Shown here one piece after another: positions 11,930 through 24,170 of a stretch of 64,000 nt of DNA. The notes under the pieces are model-generated. The model saw only the letters and a list, made by a program, of their open reading frames with translations. It did no database searches and was not told the origin of the DNA. A program made the translations under genes and the position numbers. Where the stretch lies: assembly GCF_000143415.4 (NCBI RefSeq), contig NW_003314272.1, forward strand, positions 1,274,184-1,338,183, in the 5' to 3' direction. Position 1 is the stretch's first letter, and every line of letters begins with the position of its first letter. This DNA comes from Selaginella moellendorffii. Lineage: Eukaryota; Plantae; Lycopodiophyta.

Positions 11930-13297
11930 ATGGCGCTCCTCAACATCGGTGCTAGCAACAAGGATGACGCCTTCTACAGGTACAAGATGCCCCGGCTGGT
12001 GACCAAGATCGAGGGCCGCGGCAATGGTATCAAGACCAACATCGTCAACATGGTGGACGTTGCCAAGGCGCTCGCCCGCCCCCCGGCCTACACGACCAAG
12101 TACTTTGGCTGCGAGCTGGGAGCGCAGTCGAAGTTTGATGAGAAGACGGGGACCTCGATCGTGAACGGGGCTCACGACCACGGGAAGCTGGCGGCGTTGC
12201 TGGAGCACTTCATCAAGAAGTACGTGCAGTGCTATGGCTGTAGCAACCCGGAGACTGAGATACTTGTGAGCAAGGCGGGGATGATCACGCTCAACTGCGC
12301 GGCTTGTGGCTACATCTCCAACGTGGACATGCGGGACAAGCTGACGACGTTCATTGTGAAGAACCCACCCGAGCAGAAGAAGTCGGGCAAGGACAAGAAG
12401 CTGCGCCGGGCCGAGAAGGAGCGGCTGCAGGAGGGCGAGCTTGCGGACGAGGAGATGAAGAAGTCCAAGAAGGAAGGTAGCCGGAAGAAGAAGGACGAGG
12501 ACAAGAAGGCGCCCAAGAAGAAGCCCGGGTCTGACGAGGAGGAGGAAGTCTCGCCCGTGGCGAGCCAGGCGGACGACGAGGAGGTGGCGGAGGACGAGGA
12601 CGACGTGCAGTGGCAGGCCGATACCTCTGCTGAGGCGGCAAAGCAGCGGATGAAGGAGCAGCTCACCAGCGTGACGACGGAGATGGTGATGCTGGCGGAG
12701 CCCGAGGAGGACAAGCCGGTGGACTCCCCCCGCGTGGGCGTCGGCGGCGGCAAGTCGAAGATGAGGAAGTCCCTCTCGTCCAAGAAGTCGGATATTAAGG
12801 AGGCCGACATTCCCAAGCTCCAGGAGCTGAGCCTGCACGACAAGCTGGTGAAGGATCTCAAGGCGAAGATCGCGAGCGGCTGCTCCGCCGCCGAGGCCGC
12901 GTCCCTGGTGCTCAACAAGCCGGATCCGCCGCTGGACGTGATGGTGGCCTACTTCCAGGCTCTGTTCGACGGCGTGAGCAAGGATCTGTTCAAGGAGGTG
13001 AAGAAGTCCAAGGAGTACCTCGAAGTGGTGGTGCAGGACGAGAGCTGCCAGAAGAACTTGCTGGTGGCGATGGAGGTGTTCGCGTCCACCGGGGTGGACG
13101 TGTCCAAGCAGATGCTCCTGGTGCTCAAGTTCCTGTACGACGCGGACGTGCTGGAGGAGGAGCACATCCTCGAGTGGTATTCGTCCAAGCCATCGCCGCT
13201 GGTGGGAGCCAAGGCCGAAAACGTCAAAAAGGCGGTGGAGCCGTTCATACAGTGGCTGGAGAACGCCGAGGCCGAGACCGAGACGGAGGACGAGTAG
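11930..13297 (+). CDS. eIF5: Eukaryotic translation initiation factor 5
   Basis: [21 protein letters not shown], Zn ribbon CYGCSNPET...CAACG, C-terminal W2 domain [10 protein letters not shown]...WLENAE. Confidence 0.98.
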   Translation: MALLNIGASNKDDAFYRYKMPRLVTKIEGRGNGIKTNIVNMVDVAKALARPPAYTTKYFGCELGAQSKFDEKTGTSIVNGAHDHGKLAALLEHFIKKYVQCYGCSNPETEILVSKAGMITLNCAACGYISNVDMRDKLTTFIVKNPPEQKKSGKDKKLRRAEKERLQEGELADEEMKKSKKEGSRKKKDEDKKAPKKKPGSDEEEEVSPVASQADDEEVAEDEDDVQWQADTSAEAAKQRMKEQLTSVTTEMVMLAEPEEDKPVDSPRVGVGGGKSKMRKSLSSKKSDIKEADIPKLQELSLHDKLVKDLKAKIASGCSAAEAASLVLNKPDPPLDVMVAYFQALFDGVSKDLFKEVKKSKEYLEVVVQDESCQKNLLVAMEVFASTGVDVSKQMLLVLKFLYDADVLEEEHILEWYSSKPSPLVGAKAENVKKAVEPFIQWLENAEAETETEDE

Positions 13298-13769
13298 AGG
13301 ATGCTACGCGCTGGGCTGGGTTGGATTTCTTCTTCGTTCTTTCTTTCTTTCTTCCATCGTTTGATCGTGTGCGTGTGTGTGGCTTGCTTCTCTATGGTGT
13401 GTTGTTCATCCTCTTCACGAAATAATAAACTTTTATAATGTTATGTACCCTTATAGTTTAAGAATACAGGGGAAGGAGAGCTCTAGCCCCCTAGGGTTAG
13501 GGTTCCACGACGGGCGCTACTATCTCTCTCCTCCATCGAGGTAAATCCAGGCGGCAGTGGAGGGGGAGATCGCCATGAGATTTGCGCATCACGGCAGCAA
13601 TGGAGGGGGAGACGCTGTCGGATTCCATCCGCAGGGAAAAGGGAGAAGCCTTTTGCGCGAGTTCTTGTGACGCCGGGGAAGGGAGGAGAGAGAGGGCATG
13701 GGGTGATCGTCCAGTCATGCGGGGCAAGCAAGAACAGGAGGAGGAAGAACAGCGCCACGAGTGACGACA

Positions 13770-15851
13770 ATGGCGGGCTCCTTGTCAATGTCCAAGACGG
13801 AGCAGATCATTGTCGAGTTTTTCGTCAAATGCCTCCACATCATTCTCGAGGCCAGGATCCCGTGCTCCTCCTCCAACTCCTCGTCGCAGCCAGGTAGGGA
13901 TTCGCCCTCTCCGGCCTCCTCCTCCTCCTCCTCCAAGGACCGCTGGTTTAATCTGGTGCTTGGGGACTGCCCCGCGGCGCTGGAGAGCGCGGAGCCCTGG
14001 AGGAGGGGCCCCGGAGATCATCCTCCCATGGTGGTGGACATTCTGCTGGATAGATCTTCCGGGGATCACAGGTTTCGTGGAGGAGGAGGGCCGGGGACTC
14101 CGGACTCGTGGAGCGAAGGGGAGGCCGAGGACTCTTACGGGACAGTGCTCGAGAGATGGACGATCAGCCACGAGCGGTTTAGCCAGCGACGCAGCGGGTC
14201 TAGCAGCAGCCACGCGCTAGAAGTTCCAGGGATTTACAAGCGCGCCACCATCCTCGTGAGGACGCTCTACTGCTCGGTCCGGACTCTCCCGGCCCATCGC
14301 CTCTTCCACCTCGCCACCTCGTCGTCGCAGAGCCGGAGCTTCAGCCTGGGTTTCAAGGTCTGGGCGTCGCCGCCACCATTGCTCCCGGATGAAGCGGCCA
14401 TGGAAGTTCGCGGCTTTGCTCCAGTGGAGACCCCGATGGGCCGGCTGGCCGTCTCGGTGGCGTACCGCCACACCACCGCCGTGACCGCGCTGGAGGTGAC
14501 TCCCGCGATTCTTCCCAGGATCATCGCGGACTACGTTGGCAGCCCCACGACGGATCCTTTGCGGAGGCTGTCGGCGGACTCTTTCACGGGGTCGGTTCCT
14601 TGCGGTGGGATTTCTGGAAGGCGGGGAGTTCACGTTGTCTCCGTGCCAACTTCCGTGCCGAGCCCGCCATCCGGGATTGGACGCCGCCACAGCTGGGGTG
14701 GCGGGCTCAACAAGCTCCAGTCGCCGACGCTTCTGCCACCTTCGTCACCATCTTTCGGCAGCTCGCCTTCCTCTCGCCAGCACTCCCCGGTTGCTCCTCC
14801 GACTACCAGGACCAACCATAGCCAGCCGATTCCAATCTACGAGCAGCAGCAGCAGAGGTCGAGGCTCTCTCCGCCGAATCCCTCGCCGCCGGGGACGTGC
14901 CACTCGCTGGAGAGCAGCCTTGCCAGATACTTGCCTAGGCACTCCACCGCGCCGGTTAGCATCCCAAAGCCTTCGAGCGTCCGGGGCCTGCCCGACAGGA
15001 GTGCGCTTCCTCCGCCAACTCCGAGGAGGAGCTTCGAGCAGCCGCCCCAGCATGTCTACGCGAGCTCTAATCTCTCCGGTGCCCGAGGGGATGTGCCCCC
15101 ACGGCTGTCGGCGTCGACGCTCGCAGAATCGATGCTGCTGATATCTCCTCCTCATCCATACCAATCGAGTCAGGTAAGCATGTTTCTTACGGTTCTCTTT
15201 GTGCCGCTTGTCTGACTTTGTCCACTTAGGGAGATGAAGGGCCTCCCTCTGGTGTCAAGCGTTCCCTCTACGGCTCCCCTCGCGTCTCGCTGTCGAGGTC
15301 GTCCATCAAACTCCGTGACGACACGGACGACGAGGAATTCGCTTGTCCCTTCGCGGTGGACGAGGACGACGAGGAGCTCCAAAGCAGGTTTGTTTGGAGT
15401 GTTTGTTTTTCCGGATCTTTTCTCTGTATCACACTTTGTAACTATCAGAAGTCCCCGGACTCGACATACCAATGTCTTCGAAGCCTCCGGACCAAAGTCG
15501 CAGCATGCTGCGGTCGGCGCACTCGTGAGGCTTCTCAAATCAGCCCCGCCACTGCAGGGGCGATCGTGGTCGCTAGCAGGAGGAGAGGTGGACATGGCAG
15601 CAGTGGCATCGCCCGAGGCGACACACCAGGTGGTGCGATCAAAGAGCCGTCCCATTCCAGGAGCAGTGCAGCAGCACAGGTATCAAGCAAGCGCGGCAGC
15701 GTATCAAGCACCGCATCATGTTTATCGACAGCAGCAGATGACCAAGAGCCTCAAGACAACGAGCGAAGCGCTGGAGGAGCTGGAGGTGTACAAGGATCTG
15801 CGCAAATTCATCCTGACCGAGCAAGGAAGTGTACAGGCAAGCAGACAATGA
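13770..15851 (+). CDS. ATG13: Autophagy-related protein 13 (HORMA domain + disordered tail), 3 exons
   Basis: EQIIVEFFVKCLHIILEARIP, DRWFNLVL, VLERW, RTLPAHRLF, IIADYVGSP, EFACPFAVD, AAVGALVRLLKSAPPL, KTTSEALEEL. Confidence 0.92.
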
Positions 15852-16190
15852 ATTGTGTATATACAAAACAAGAAAAAAGTACCAAGTTTGGACAACATTG
15901 ATTTTTATTATTATTGAAATTCGATTGATCCATCGCTCGCATGGATCACAGACCCAAGCAAAGAATTTGCAAACTTGGATTCTTGCACAAACTTGATATC
16001 TTGACAGAAAAAATTAAAAAATAAAAAAGGATTTTCATGGGACAATGGCTTTAGTCTCGTCGACAGGGTTTCGCTTTTGTGGTGCGATCAAGCACAATGC
16101 CGCCTTGATCGCCAACAAGAGGCGAGTGTCTTTCAAGTTGCGGCTTTGCTTAATTCGTTTTTGCTTCGTCACTCCAGGCAAGTTTTGGCT

Positions 16191-17587
16191 ATGGCGAGTA
16201 GCAGTGGCAGGATTGTGGATAGCCATTTGCACGTCTGGGCGTCAAAGAAAGAGGTTAAATTGTCGAGCTTGGAAACAGATAAGTAATGCTTGTTCATCAG
16301 GCACAAGACTTTCCGTATTTTCCTGGCCAAGAACCCACAATCGATGGAAGCATTCAACTCCTTCTCGATGTCAGTTGTTTTTCTTTTCTTTCTTCTCTCT
16401 GGATCAAATGGGTGTTCCGTGTCTCGGCTTTCAGAAGCTTTGTGAGGCTAACGTTGCTGGCGCTCTGATTGTCCAGCCCATCAATCACAAGTTTGATCAC
16501 TCCTACGTAACAAGGTGATGTTCTCTACTCGTTTGCAAGGATCTTTGTCTTCCAGAAGCACCAATGTGGAATCAGCAGTGTGCTGCAAAGCCACCCTGAG
16601 AAATTCGTTGGGTGCTGCTTGGGAAACCCCGAACAAGACGGTCGTGGCTTGGCAGAACTCGAACGCTTAGTTGAGCATGTAAGTTGCTTCTTCCATTTTT
16701 CTGCTTTTGCTACAAACTTTTGCCTCGCAGGATGGATACCGGGCTGTGCGCTTCAATCCATACTTGTGGCCGTCTGGAGAGAAGGCAAGCCTTTGACCAG
16801 AAAGCTTTTGTTCCAAACTCTCTCTTTCGTGCACAGATGACCAACGAAGTTGGCAAGCGAATGTTTGCAAAGGCCGGGCAGCTTGGCATACCGGTGGGAT
16901 TCATGTGCTTCAAGGTAGACTTCACTTTAAAGATCTCGTGATCCTTGATCTTCTTTGTAAATGAATCAGGGACTCTCTCTTCACATAGAGGAGATCGAGA
17001 CATTGTGTTCTCTGTATCCATCGACCACTGTCTTGATTGATCACTTTGGCTTCTGCAAGCCGGCCGTGTGAGCTGCTCAAATTCATAATCCAGCTCACTG
17101 TTGGCTTTACTCTTCTGTGTCGTGTTTCTAGCACCGAAGAGGAAACTGCGACATGGAACTCGCTCCTGGGCCTCGCTCGATATCCACAGGTTTGCTTACA
17201 CTACATATAATCTTATGCACTTACACAAAACGAAAAACTTCTTCACAGGTCTACGTCAAAGTGAGCGCATTCTTTCGGGTGTCGAGAGAGTCATACCCGT
17301 ACAAGGATACTTGGACAATGCTGCGTCGGCTGCTGGATGTCTACGGTCCTAGGAGACTCATGTGGGGAAGGTCAGCAAGAAGTCACAAAATACGATCAGA
17401 TTGACAATCTTTCCTTTCTTGTGGCAGTGATTTTCCTTTTGTGAATCAGGAGTGTGGATACGCTAACGCGGTAGGCATTCTACACGCTGCGCGTGATCAC
17501 GGTACGGTGTCCCGAGACGAGCTGGAGTGGCTGCTCGGTAAGACGGCAAGGCAAGTCTTTGGAGGTGTTTGGGCGGCAAGCAGCTGA
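16191..17587 (+). CDS. Amidohydrolase_2 family protein (lactonase-like), multi-exon; a transit-peptide exon may start at ~16045
   Basis: IVDSHLHVW, GALIVQPINHKFDHSYV, AVRFNPYLWP, LIDHFGF, VYVKVSAFFRVS, RLMWGSDFP. Confidence 0.88.
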
Positions 17588-17703
17588 AATGGTGTGATTG
17601 AGACTCGACACATTTCAAAGAACAACATGAAAACTTTTAACACCTCGTTTACTATTATAACTCTCAGTGCTCACACACATCTATACATTCGCACCATCTG
17701 TGC

Positions 17704-18951
17704 TCACGGTATTGGAACTGGTCCATCACCTGCACATTATCAGTCAGCAAAGCTTTAACACCGCATATCTGAAGACGTACCTGGTTTTGGCTCATCACCG
17801 GGTTTTGGAAGTGGGCCTTTGCCTGGAGAAAAAGGAAATAAAGTAGGTAGAAAGCTGATAGAAAAGTGCAAACCTGGCCTGGGCTTGTTTCCAGGAAGTG
17901 GTTTGCCTCCAGGACGCGGTTCTGCACAAAACAAAAAGTTGGAAACTGAAGAGGGAAACAGAAAAGACCTGGCTTTGGTTCAGGCTTCGGATTTGGCCTT
18001 GCTCTTCCTGGTTTTGGCAATGGTTCGTGATGAATGAATCGGTCATTGAAAACATGCTATACAGACCTGGCTGTGGCAAAGGTTCGTCTCCTGGGTTTGG
18101 CTTTGGCTCGTCTCCTGGATTTGGCTTTGGCTCGTCTCCTGGGTTTGGCTTTGGCTCGTCTCCTGGGTTTGGCTTTGGCTCGTCTCCTGGGTTTGGCTTT
18201 GGCTCGTCTCCTGGATTTGGCTTTGGCTCGTCTCCTGGATTTGGCTTTGGTTCGCTCCCTGGCAGACGAACACAATGACAAACTTGCAAAAAAAGGAAGT
18301 GTGCAGACCTGGTTCATCCCCTGGGTTTGGCTTTGGCTCGTCTCCTGGGTTTGGCTTTGGTTCGTTCCCTGGAAGACAAATACAATGACAAACTTGCAAG
18401 AATGAAGTGTGCAGACCTGGTTCATCCCCTGGGTTTGGCTTTGGCTCGTCTCCTGGGTTTGGCTTTGGCTCGTCTCCTGGATTTGGCTTTGGTAAAATGA
18501 CAGGAAGAAAAATGACTTGTAACCAACCTGGCTGCGGCTTTGGCTCATTTCCGGGCGATGGTAAAGGATCAGCTCCTGGAGTTAGCTTGGGTTCGTCTCC
18601 GGGTGCAGGCTTCGTCGGAACTGGTACACCACCTGGAAAAACGAAAGAAGAAAGCATCTGCGAGTGTTATATAATGCGCCACTAAACAATAGAAACGAAG
18701 TACCTGGTCTGTCAATCAGCTTGCGACCAACTGCGAGGAAAAGCTTGTAAACAAGAAAAGAAAAAGAGAAGAGAAAAATCTCAGTACTTGGATTCAGCTG
18801 GTTCGTACCGAGTGTTCCTCCCTCGGCCCGGTCTGACAAAATGGAAGAACCTTAAGTTTCTGTGTGAGAAACCAGCGATATCCTTACTCTTGGCTCCATT
18901 CAGGCTCGACAATGCGATGTACGCAAACGCCAACAAAACGAAGAACTTCAT
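17704..18951 (-). CDS. Secreted proline-rich repeat protein (PGDEPKPN)n encoded by phase-1 micro-exons (paralog 2)
   Basis: Signal peptide MKFFVLLAFAYIALSSLNG; micro-exons DRAEGGTL / VGRKLIDRP; several exons of GDEPKPNP octapeptide repeats; last exon GDGPVPIP* (stop 17704-17706). Confidence 0.72.
18080..18492. repeat. 24-bp coding tandem repeat (GGCTCGTCTCCTGGRTTTGGCTTT) with duplicated exon+intron units
   Basis: Roughly 12 copies in three blocks, separated by near-identical introns (gtctgcacacttc...ttgcaagtttgtcattgt...ccag on the minus strand). Confidence 0.9.
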
Positions 18952-20535
18952 CCTTTTCGCGGCTACGGAGCGATTGATCGATGATCTTATCTCCACTCGA
19001 GAGAAAGAGTGGGGTTTTTAAGCGCACCCCAAAAGTGACAGCGATGAGTGGTACATGGACTGCGTAACCACGCGCGCTGGACTGTCGTATGCACCTAGTT
19101 GCTGAAAAGACCGAGCCACCTTAATAGGCAATGGCCGGCTTTTTTTTTTCCCATCTTTCTTTGTGCTGGAGTTGCCAGCTTCTGTTTTATGCAGATGTCG
19201 TGCTCAATGGAGAGTGGGCCGTCCGTCGAGAATTTTGGAAGCACAACAGGTACGACGAGATATGCCTGCCACTGGGGGAGATTTACAAAATCGGTAAGGA
19301 TTAATGATGCCCGTAGCACTACCAAAGTTTAATTTACTTGGAGTGGGAAAGGATCAAACTCGAGTCGGCCACGAGGGACTTCTTGTCCGAGGTTCTCGAC
19401 ACGTAAAATGCCCGCTCTGGGCATCAAGCGCACGGATCGCTCTCGACCTCAGGAAGGCTACCTCCATAGCTACGCGCCACCATCCCATGGTGCTATGATG
19501 AGAAAGATCAGAATAAATAAAAACAAAGTTAGTCATTTGCGCATCTTGCAGCGTAGGTGGAGTACATTTTTCTAAAGGATGCCGAGCTTTACGCGGTGGC
19601 CAGACTGCGCCACCACGCTCATAATTGTAAAATGGCGATGGGTTCTTTGGCATTTGCTTTTGGAGAGAAAGCATCTTTATTTGACGTGAGGAAAGAAGCT
19701 CTTTTCATAGTTTGGGGTGAGAGAGGATCGAACTCTCGACTTGAGCATGCCTCTATAGCTGTGACGCGCTGGCCCAAATTGTCAATTTGGGCAGTTGCAA
19801 GAGAAGCTTGAACTCCCAACCTTGGTATAAATCAAAAGCTTTAAGATCTACACATATTGCATTTGCAAAGTGTGTTGAGGAAAGCTTGAACTCCTCCAAA
19901 TCTGTCAATAGTACGCATTTGGACAACCGCCCATTTTGATCCGGGATATCGTGCATGGAGTAATGTGTGCCTCGTGCATTTTGCTAGAGCACACCGGGTG
20001 AGAGTCAAGGTCACTCAAATTTATCGTGATGACGTTCTTCCACAAAAAGTTTGCAGTCTAGAGGTGAGAGAGGATTGAACTTTCGACCTGGGGGTGGGCA
20101 TTTTGTCAATGACATGTGACAAATACCTTTCTTTGGCTCGAACTTTCCTTTCTGGAGCTATTGTAACGAATCCGGAAACGTGTCCCTCGGATGTGAGCTT
20201 CGCATGGAGTGATTTCAATCGATTTGGAGAGCATCTTCCCATGTATACGTGACGTAGAAGAAAGCAAAAGCGAGTAGAGGTACAAGCGAAAGATCTTTTC
20301 TCGTGTTTGGCATGAGGCCAGGCCGCCTGACGCGATTTCGAATATGCCACTGTTGACAACGGAGTTTCTAGCGGTGCTGGTTGCAGCATGGAGGATCCAC
20401 GAACCCACCCACAGTGATAAAGACAACCTCAGACAAAACCAGGTACTATAAACTCTTCACACCTTCTCCATAGGCGATCGATCTTTCGCGCGAGAAGCTT
20501 GTTCCGCAACAAGGGATCCAAGAAACCCATTGCAA

Positions 20536-22292
20536 ATGCGTCGCTCTTGCAGCCAGCAGTCCTTGAGCGATCTCTTAATTGGCGCCCCGGCTGTGGCCCT
20601 CTCCCCCCAGAAGAAATGCAACGTTGCAAACGGGCGAAATGGCATACGAAGGCTGCGCAAGAACACCGTTGTCAAGATCCTGGCTCGTCTCAACAGGGCC
20701 TCTAGAAAATCTTCGCGCGGCTTTGCTCTCGCCTCCAGAAGATGTTCCTCCACGCCCTCCTCGCCAAAAGTCGTGAGTATCGTCGAGAAAGTTCGAGTTC
20801 GAGCTGATCTTTCTTGTCTTGTCCAGTGCTTGGATGGATCTAAGAAAGATCATCGAGACAAGCTGGTGCTACTGAATTTGCTTGCTGCGCTCTATGGCCT
20901 TGGAAACGTAATCTCCAAGTTCGTGGACGCAGGAGCAGCTCCAGCAACTTTAAACTCGGCAGTCAAATACGCGTCGGCGTCGCTTGTGTTCCTTCCGTTT
21001 CTGATTCGAAGCCTCAAGAGCGACGATGGCGGCCACATTCGAGCTGGAGTGGAGCTTAGCTTGTGGACGTTTGCTCACAGCCTTCTCTCGAGTAGCAGCC
21101 CGAGAAGCACCGACATGAACGCGGCTTCACTGCTCTATGCATTGACGGTGAGCCCGATCGTAAAGAACGCGTAGGTTTTGATCTTCGTTTTACAGGTTCT
21201 TGGCATTCCCGTCATGCAGCTCTATGCCGGGAGATCAAGCAAAGTTACATGGCTGGCTATCACGGCGGCTCTCCTCGGTAAGTTCGTGGCCTTCATGATC
21301 GTTTTGAGTTGGAATTGGCAACTTCTTTTCTTGTTAAAGTCGTTGACTTAGAACTTTGGTCGTCCATGGCAGGCATGGGACTCCTGGAAGAAGAAGGAGC
21401 TGGATGGAAGGGAATTCTTCTACCATCGTGTGATAGCACCTGGGCGATTGTCGAGGCATCCTTCTCCATCCTCCAGCTTCTTCGATCGGAATCACTTGGA
21501 AGGAACCGAGACCCCGTGCGATTAAATGCGATTCAGCTGTCGCTTCTCTCGATCCTCAACGCTGGAGTGGAGCTGAGCCACCTCAACTCCTGGACTAGTC
21601 TCGTGAGCGAAGCACAAACGCTACCGTGGTGTCCTCTGCTTTTCAGTGGCCTCGTCTGCGTCGGCCTGGGGAGTTTGCTGGAAATGCGAGGCCTTCGAGG
21701 AGTGAACAGCTCCACCATCGCCATGAGCAGCCTCATGATACCAGTTTGGGGAGCTTTCTTCTCGCTGCTAGAGCAGGGAAGATCCTCGCAGGAGATCGCC
21801 CTTCTCTCGGGGATGGTTCTCACGGTTGCCAGGCTTTCTAGCTTCTTCATGCATGGACTGCTACACCATCGAGACGACGAGGAGGAGGATAATAGCAACA
21901 GCCAGCAAAGTTCTCAAAAATCGGGGGTTAGAAACCATCTTCCAGTGATGATCTTATCGTGCCAGTTGAAGTATCCATACTACGTTAACCAGGCCCAGGC
22001 TCTTCTTGGAGATGTGGACTCGAGCATGAACTCCAGCCTAGAGCTACTGGAAAACACGAGCTTTCCCGATCACCAACAGCGAGAAATCTATCAAGTGAAG
22101 GCTTTGCATGATCATCTACTAGTAGGCGCATCCGATGGGATTCAAGGGAGTGGTCATGCTGACTACTCGCTTGTAGACACAACTGTTCATATCGTCACGA
22201 ACTTTAACAACACCTTCGTCGCCTTGAGTGTGAGTACGCTGCAAACGTTGGCGAGCTGGGCAGACAGTACTCTCACGATTTTTGTAAGCTAG
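20536..22292 (+). CDS. EamA/DMT-superfamily membrane transporter-like protein, divergent, with basic transit-peptide-like N-terminus; start uncertain
   Basis: Multiple TM segments. Motifs LVLLNLLAALYG, RAGVELSLW, ASLLYALTV and LLEMRGLRGVNSS...PVWGAFFS resemble plant plastid EamA proteins. Confidence 0.6.
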
Positions 22293-24089
22293 ATCTGTAG
22301 AAGTATGATGAAAAGAGCAAGGCTGCAATTGTAACGATGACGTAGGAGATGATCACAAGCCTTCCGAACTCCTGTAAATGAAATACAAGACCATCCATCA
22401 GGTACCTGAAAGAATATCACCACCTTTGGATCTGGTGCTAGAATAGTTATAACGAAGGATAGGAGGGTCATCAGCGATTGCAAGGCGCTTTGCACGCCAC
22501 CAATTCTTCCTCTCTCTTGTTCTTCGACTGTGGACTGGATCACAAAAATGAGAGGAAAGCCAAGCTTAAGTTCTTGCCTGCATGAGCTGGGTCACGGCCA
22601 GATCAAACATCCACAGGCCCAGTCGAGAAGCTACGATTCCAGAGATAAGAAGTGATGCCGCGACGCTGGTCTTGTGGATCCAAACCGAGGCCACGCTCAC
22701 CATCAAGCACAGCCACTGCACAAAGACGTTTTGAGAGAGTTCTTCCGGGATGTTTTCTACGAGAGGGGCATTTACTTGAGTCGAGATGGCCCAGAGGCCT
22801 GCTTTGCCGGTTCCTTCCCTGGACTGGAGAACTGGATACATATATGTTGCTGCCACTCCTAAGAATGCTCCAAGGCCTCTTGCAACACCAATTATGTGCG
22901 CTGGCACTCCCTTCCATGCCAATGCGGCAGTCATCACAAATCCAAAGCTGGGAGAAAAGATAGAAATATTGAAGAGGAAGTTTATTCGAACCTTAGAACT
23001 GTGCAGTGGAGGACTGCCAATGCCACCGCTGCTAGCACCACTTCTTGTCTGAAGTAGCTCGCCCATCCATCGATCATCGCAATACAAGCTCCCTTGACGA
23101 GTTGCGTGACTCCGGTTAGAGCTCTAGGATCAAGTTTATCCTGACATTTCTTGGATCTGGAGAGCTTCTGGAGCGCAGGGGCGCGGTGGAAGACGGTAGA
23201 CAAAAGCCGATACTCCAGAGCGAGGCTCAAACCATTCCACGCGACAGTGGCGATCAAGCAAGGAATCGCCGAGAAGCTGCTCAGCCAGATCCCCACGAAT
23301 GCGGGAGCCAGCATCTTGCAAACCAGATCGATCCGCTTCATCGCCGAGTTGATACGCGTGAGGCTCTGCCCCGGAAGCTCGCCCAATGTCACAGCCCTGT
23401 GAAATCAAGAGACCGTTAAAAGAAATCCCAAATCCCTAAAAACAGAGGACTCCGACCAGTCCCGCTCGAGCAGGATTCCCACCGCCAGCCCGCTGAGAAT
23501 CCCCACGGCGCCCAGGGAATGGACACTTGCGATCGCGAGTTTCCTGCCCAATGGCGGGATTGATCCCGGGATGAGCAGCGGCGAAAGGGCAGTGGCGGAC
23601 AAGGCGATGGACACGTTTCGTGTCCCGATTCCAAGCCGGAGAAGCTGCGCATGGTCACACAGAATTAGAGGAAAGAACGATCGCAAGCGTTTGGCTTTGC
23701 TCGCCTTGATGTGGCTGATTTTGTCGACTGCGCTTCCAATGGCAGCGCCGAATGCCGACGTTGCGGCGGCCTGGACGAGGCCATACGCCGCGGTGAGGAG
23801 CAGAGAATTGGATCCCACTCTCATGAGCAGCAGAGCGACCAGGAAATCCCACATTCTGCGCAAAGAACTGGCATGATCAATCCGAGAAAGATGGGATCCT
23901 GAGAGCAATTTACCCGGCTCCCCATCGCCCCAAGAACTGAGCCGCGTACAAGAGCCTCAAATCCACCACCTCTTCCTCCTCCTCTTCTTCCTCTCCTCCA
24001 AATTGATCCAACGCCACGAGAAGCGTCTGAGAAGAATTAAACTCCTCGCCACCATCGCCATCCCGACCGCAAAGCTCCCCGTCCACCAT
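22273..24089 (-). CDS. FPN: Ferroportin / IREG (SLC40) transporter, multi-exon
   Basis: LYAAQFLGRWGA|RMWDF, LLERDW, INSAMKRIDLVCKMLAP, TVL|SFGFVMTA, SRLGLWMFDLAVTQLMQ, RGRIGGVQSAL; ends YFYRSSLQKS*. Confidence 0.92.
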
Positions 24090-24170
24090 AGTGATGCTTG
24101 CAAATGCCTTGGATTTATCAAGCTTTCTAGCTACAGTCGAAGTATATATATACACGCACGCGCGCACAAG

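Noticed and set aside
18080-18492. Regular repeats with spacers resembling a CRISPR array
   Set aside because: The repeats are contiguous coding octapeptides and the 'spacers' are duplicated introns; eukaryotic context, no cas genes.
19050-20400. Short ORFs that might be a gene or retroelement relic
   Set aside because: No recognisable motif or consistent frame.
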